Shown here: positions 59,705-64,000 of the stretch, in pieces
How the letters are laid out: each line of letters starts with the position of its first letter
Numbering within the stretch: position 1 is the stretch's first letter
IMG/VR virus record: IMGVR_UViG_3300043418_000114
Span: 62,001-126,000 of that record
DNA: 64,000 nt
Direction: 5' to 3' (one strand)
Translations under genes and position numbers: made by a program
The notes under the pieces: model-generated
Told to the model about the DNA's origin: nothing
The model's database searches: none
The model's input: only the letters and a program-made list of their open reading frames with translations

Positions 59705-60252
59705 GAGCAGAAGAATTCCTATTTGAGTTTGAATTACCAAAGAACAAATGGGAATTGGTAGTATCTAATGGTGATAAAGAAGAATTAGGTTCTGATTTAG
59801 TTTCTCTAGTTAGACATGCTTATAGTAATACTCCACACGGTAGTTTTGTAAACAGTATAAAAGATGTCATTCCAAGTGATTGGAATGTCATTGATTGGGA
59901 CCAAGATCCAGACGTTGATAGTTGTGTGTTCTATCGCAGTAATAGACCTACTGAAAATTGGACAGGATACAAGATTCAAGGAATCGGACATGATGGCTCA
60001 CGTACTAGTAAAGATAAAGCAATAAATAAAGTACAAGAGCTACTGAGTAGACCAGGCGTTTGGATTGAATCAAGTGACGCAATGCGCCATTTATTGAAAA
60101 AATTAAATGTCCAGTCAATCAATGATGAGCAATTTTTACAACATCTATTTAATGATCCCAATCTAAAAATGGTCAGTGACGACACATACACAAGAGCATT
60201 AAGTGGTGGTAATGTAACAGAGACAGTATTTGGATATCCTAAATTAAAATGA
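59701..60252 (+). CDS. Hypothetical protein, possibly GNAT-like
   Basis: MRAEEFLFE start; ATGA overlaps. Confidence 0.6.
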   Translation: MRAEEFLFEFELPKNKWELVVSNGDKEELGSDLVSLVRHAYSNTPHGSFVNSIKDVIPSDWNVIDWDQDPDVDSCVFYRSNRPTENWTGYKIQGIGHDGSRTSKDKAINKVQELLSRPGVWIESSDAMRHLLKKLNVQSINDEQFLQHLFNDPNLKMVSDDTYTRALSGGNVTETVFGYPKLK

Positions 60253-61442
60253 GAGCTACAGAATTTATCACAGAACGTAACAACGGCACTCGCTGGACAG
60301 GCGATGAAATCTATCGTCAAATTGGTGATGAATGTCTCACTGAACTTTTCGAGCCAGGTAAGCCATTTGAATGGGATTTTCGTGGCAGTGAGGAGGCACA
60401 TGCATCATTTACGATAGGCAATGTGCCATATAGATTTACTGCACATACCAACGGTGGTAATCAGTGGGAAATAGAATTCAAAGTAGATAAGAATACATCT
60501 GATAAGAACGCCAAGTATGGACGTACTGGCACTGGCAACTCAGCAGAAGTAATGTCAACAGTCACTGATATCATGCGCGACTTTCTGGGCATGTACAAGG
60601 ACAAAATTAAATATTTGACCTTCAGCGCGGAGGAAGAATCTAGAAAATCATTGTACATGAAAATGGCAAAGCGATTACTTCCTACATGGCGTCTCGGCAG
60701 TAACGATAAAATATATTGGTTAGCTAATCCAGATCATTTAGACGAAGGCGTAGTTGACTGGGCCAAGAAGGGTGCCGCGGCAGGTGCAATTGCACTCGGT
60801 GCATTAGGAGCTGGTGGTGCTGGAGCAAAGCAAATGCCACAACAAGTTCAAAAGCCTGCAGTTATTCAGCCTGCTAAAAAAGTTCAACCACAAGCACAGC
60901 AACAAACAAAAGCACCTGAGCAATTCAATGTGTTAAGTAACAACATTAACAACGAGATTACTCTACAAAGAGCCGCCAGAAAAGCAGGCATTAAGGGGCA
61001 AGAGTTAGCACAGTTTATGGCGCAAATGAAACACGAAAGCTGGGATTTTGAGCGCATGAAAGAGAAAGCACAACCAGGTGTAAAAGACTATTATGCCAAA
61101 CGTTACGACTTAAAGTATTCACCAAAGACAGCGAAGATTTTAGGCAATAAACATGCGGGTGATGGCGCAAGATATCATGGTCGTGGTTTCGTTCAACTAA
61201 CTGGCAGAGACAACTACAGAATGGCAAGTGATGCGTTGGGTATTGATCTATTGAATCACCCTGAACTAGCTAGTAAGCCAGATGTTGCCGCAAAAATAGC
61301 AGTATGGTATTGGAATACAAGAGTTAAGCCTAGTGTTCAAAACTTTGCAGATACTGTAGCAGTGACTAAGAAGATTAACCCAGCGGCAAGAGGTCTAGAG
61401 AATAGACACGAGAATTTTAAAGACTACATGAAAATAATATGA
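60249..61442 (+). CDS. Modular protein with C-terminal GH19 lysozyme domain
   Basis: MRATEFITE start; RTGTGNSAEVMSTV domain; LDEG junction; FMAQMKHES, YHGRGFVQLTG, VTKKINP. Confidence 0.8.
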   Translation: MRATEFITERNNGTRWTGDEIYRQIGDECLTELFEPGKPFEWDFRGSEEAHASFTIGNVPYRFTAHTNGGNQWEIEFKVDKNTSDKNAKYGRTGTGNSAEVMSTVTDIMRDFLGMYKDKIKYLTFSAEEESRKSLYMKMAKRLLPTWRLGSNDKIYWLANPDHLDEGVVDWAKKGAAAGAIALGALGAGGAGAKQMPQQVQKPAVIQPAKKVQPQAQQQTKAPEQFNVLSNNINNEITLQRAARKAGIKGQELAQFMAQMKHESWDFERMKEKAQPGVKDYYAKRYDLKYSPKTAKILGNKHAGDGARYHGRGFVQLTGRDNYRMASDALGIDLLNHPELASKPDVAAKIAVWYWNTRVKPSVQNFADTVAVTKKINPAARGLENRHENFKDYMKII

Positions 61443-62260
61443 TAAAAATTATAACAACAGCATTATTACTACTTGCTTCAACCCAAACATTTGCATGGAC
61501 ACAGCGTCAACCGCTACCTGTTCAACAATGTCAAGTACACGCACCGTATGGATTTCCTAATACACAGGGTGTACAACCTCTATGCCAACAAGCATATCTA
61601 GTAGGATATGATGCGGCAGCCAAACTACCAAAATTTGTTACTTATGAATTACTTCCTCAAAACGCACTGGGATGTGTTGCTCGTACTAATGCTTTTGTCG
61701 CTAACCAGTTTGTGCCTGGTGGAGCTAGACCAGATGACTACACAGCGACTGGCTTTGACAAAGGCCATGCCGCACCAGACGGTGACTTGTCATGGGACCA
61801 ACAAGTAGAATATGAATCATTCTTGATGACTAACATGTATCCACAAAAGGGTTCATTGAATCGTGGTATTTGGAAATTATTAGAAACTAGTGTACGTGGT
61901 TGGACAGTACAGCGCAATCAAAGCTATACAATTTATGTTGGTGGAATATACAATACAGCTACTGATAAGAAGATCGGCCAAGGTGTAGTTGTGCCAACAG
62001 CATTCTATAAGATCGTTATCAATAATCAAACTAAAGAGATTGCTGGTTGGGGATTCCCTCACGTTGAGCCATATCCTAACTTAGGTAATGACTTAACTAA
62101 GTTCCGTGTTCCAGTTGCGACCCTAATGCAACAGGCCGGAGTTCAATATGCATTCCCACAAGGAGCAATCGAACTACAGCCTGGCAAAGAGTGGGCAGTT
62201 GACTTTGGCGCACTCACTAAAGCAAAACGCACCAAATGTGGCGCGAATGCAGAAGATTAA
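61439..62260 (+). CDS. Secreted DNA/RNA non-specific endonuclease (NucA/EndoG family)
   Basis: Signal peptide; FDKGHAAP, FLMTNMYPQ, LNRGIWKLLE, VPTAFYKI. Confidence 0.9.
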   Translation: MIKIITTALLLLASTQTFAWTQRQPLPVQQCQVHAPYGFPNTQGVQPLCQQAYLVGYDAAAKLPKFVTYELLPQNALGCVARTNAFVANQFVPGGARPDDYTATGFDKGHAAPDGDLSWDQQVEYESFLMTNMYPQKGSLNRGIWKLLETSVRGWTVQRNQSYTIYVGGIYNTATDKKIGQGVVVPTAFYKIVINNQTKEIAGWGFPHVEPYPNLGNDLTKFRVPVATLMQQAGVQYAFPQGAIELQPGKEWAVDFGALTKAKRTKCGANAED

Positions 62261-62985
62261 TTCTTAGTATAAACGAAGTACAATCTATCGTTGGCATCTT
62301 TCTTGAAGGTGTCTAGCGTAAGATTGTACTTTTCAGCAAACTCATTCACGACTTCAAAACTCCAAGGGAAGATATCAACGTAGGGACCTGTCTTATGTGA
62401 GATGCCTGGATTAGCACGTAGATAAAACTTGCCACCCTTCTTTAAGAGATTGACACAATGCTCAAATCGTGCTTCAATCTCATCCTTGCTATTAAAGTTA
62501 ATTGATCCAAGAGCCAGAATTACATCATGTGATTCTGGTTTTACTTTATACTCAAGAATATCAACTTCATAGTCGGCTTGATTGTTATATGGGTCGATAC
62601 CAATTAAGTTTTGAATGCGGCCCTTGAATGGGTGATAGCCACAGCCAACATCAAGTACCTTCTCTGGGTTTAGTTTGTTAACTTCATCAGCAAGCTCCCA
62701 CCCTGTATGCTCATAGTCACCTGTGCGTGGCTTCCAAATCTCTCCAAAGAAGCGCAGGATATATCGTTCGCTCAAATCATCGACGATATCTTTCAATGTA
62801 CCTACGTATTCGCATGGCAAGCTCAATTCGGCCTCTACAGCGTCTTTGAATTTGCGATAACGTGCAGGTGTCCATGGTAAGTCTTGCACAACGGTGTTTT
62901 CGTCAATGGAAATCTTTGCATACTTTGGTAAATTAAACGCAAGTTTCAAATTTTCGCTAACTAGTTTAAAAATTTTAGTGTTCAT
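62257..62985 (-). CDS. Class I SAM-dependent methyltransferase with N-terminal carrier-protein-like domain (start moved to ATG 62985)
   Basis: VLDVGCG, GIDPY, DVILALGSINF; the longer track ORF overlaps the divergent tctC-like gene. Confidence 0.75.
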   Translation of the reverse strand: MNTKIFKLVSENLKLAFNLPKYAKISIDENTVVQDLPWTPARYRKFKDAVEAELSLPCEYVGTLKDIVDDLSERYILRFFGEIWKPRTGDYEHTGWELADEVNKLNPEKVLDVGCGYHPFKGRIQNLIGIDPYNNQADYEVDILEYKVKPESHDVILALGSINFNSKDEIEARFEHCVNLLKKGGKFYLRANPGISHKTGPYVDIFPWSFEVVNEFAEKYNLTLDTFKKDANDRLYFVYTKN

Positions 62986-63064
62986 AGTAATTTTTTCTAA
63001 AAAATATAAATTTCTTGGAAATTGTATAAATATTCTTGTCGTCATATTTATATTAGGAGGAACG

Positions 63065-64000
63065 ATGAAAAAACTTTTAGCAACACTCACACTAGTTATA
63101 TTACCTTTGTTCGCATTCGCATGGGAACCATCTAAGCCGGTGACTGTTATTGTGGGTAACACACCTGGAGCAGGCAACGAAATCGCATTTAGGAAACTAG
63201 CAGAGATTGTGCAGAAACAAAACCCAAAGTTTGTTTATGTCGTACAAAACATTCCAGGTGCTGATTCTGTGGTAGCAAATAATAAGGTACTAGATGCTCC
63301 GACTGACGGCTATACAATCAATTTGCCAAGTCATATGAGTTCATACGTGACTAATGATATTTGGGAAAAGAAAGTTAAAAAGTATCAATGGGATAGTTTC
63401 ATCGACGTACTTACAATGGGTAAGAGTCCTCTGGTATTGGTCGCTAGTACAAAAAGTAATGTTAACACGCCAATCGACTTCATTAGATATCTGCATACTT
63501 CTACAAAGCCGATTAATATCGCAGTAGGTGGTGGAGCACACAGAACAGCATATGAGTATTTGATGGAATCTGCACATGGTGACAAGAATCTAATCACCCA
63601 CGTGAAGTTCAATGGTCCGATGCCAGCAGTGTCGAGCGTAGCACAATATGATGGTAAGACGGGTACAGAGTTCGGTATCATACCAATTGCAGTTGCTCGT
63701 TCGTTGATTGATGCAGGTAAAGTTAAACCTATCGGATTCACTGGCACAAGACACATGCCGCAATACCCAGATGTTCCGTTATTGAACACAGTAGCACCTG
63801 GGATTAACGTGTATGCCGCATGGTCAATTCAACTGCCACCTAACACTAACAAAGAGATTGTAGATTGGTATCAAAAAGCATTTAGTACCGCAGTACGTAG
63901 TAAAGAATATGCAGAATGGTGCAAATTAAATGTAGTGTTCTATTCAGAAGACGAATTGACTCCGGTTGGTCTAAAGAAACACATGCAAGAATTACGCACA
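63065..64000 (+). CDS. tctC: Tripartite tricarboxylate transporter substrate-binding protein (Bug/TctC), runs off window end
   Basis: GGAGG RBS; signal peptide MKKLLATL...AFA; KPVTVIVGNTPGAG, NIPGA, PTDGYTI, YPDVP; absent from ORF track because no stop in window. Confidence 0.85.
   Translation, partial: MKKLLATLTLVILPLFAFAWEPSKPVTVIVGNTPGAGNEIAFRKLAEIVQKQNPKFVYVVQNIPGADSVVANNKVLDAPTDGYTINLPSHMSSYVTNDIWEKKVKKYQWDSFIDVLTMGKSPLVLVASTKSNVNTPIDFIRYLHTSTKPINIAVGGGAHRTAYEYLMESAHGDKNLITHVKFNGPMPAVSSVAQYDGKTGTEFGIIPIAVARSLIDAGKVKPIGFTGTRHMPQYPDVPLLNTVAPGINVYAAWSIQLPPNTNKEIVDWYQKAFSTAVRSKEYAEWCKLNVVFYSEDELTPVGLKKHMQELRT

Noticed and set aside
62986-63177. N-terminal extension of the methyltransferase in the ORF track
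   Set aside because: Overlaps the well-supported divergent tctC-like start and the promoter region; ATG 62985 is more plausible.
1-64000. Stop-codon reassignment (alternative genetic code)
   Set aside because: Conserved genes are full length in the standard code, and TAA, TAG and TGA all terminate genes at sensible positions.

Overview
This 64-kb window is from a large AT-rich, contractile-tailed dsDNA bacteriophage (distantly T4-like, probably a jumbo phage) using the standard genetic code. The Bug/TctC, ClpA and DnaJ genes hint at a proteobacterial, possibly betaproteobacterial, host (inference). It encodes replication genes (primase, DnaB/gp41-like helicase, clamp loader, a stand-alone DnaE fragment, dNMP kinase) and virion genes (neck proteins, tail terminator, sheath, tube, head-completion nuclease, baseplate/fibre proteins). 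It also carries two GH19 lysins, a holin-like protein, chaperones (GroES, DnaJ, ClpA), auxiliary genes (PhoH, MazG, PTH2, Dps, NUDIX, TctC, secreted nuclease) and one free-standing GIY-YIG/NUMOD3 homing endonuclease. Two promoter classes are visible: T4-late-like TAAATA boxes and sigma70-like TTGACA-N17-TGnTAnnnT promoters, many placed so that the mRNA would be leaderless. The strongest novel signals are (1) a family of putative capsid-packaged effector polyproteins with a shared MRAxEF(I/L)xE N-terminus and (I/L/V/M)-x-E junctions between enzyme modules, one module being flanked by an in-frame 16-bp direct repeat, and (2) an unannotated ~360-nt, highly structured, pseudoknotted plus-strand ncRNA candidate at 19660-20020. 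Also notable are a holin carrying nucleoporin-like FG repeats and a late-promoter-driven 34-aa proline-rich cationic peptide. All functional calls come from motif recognition by eye; no database searches were run.
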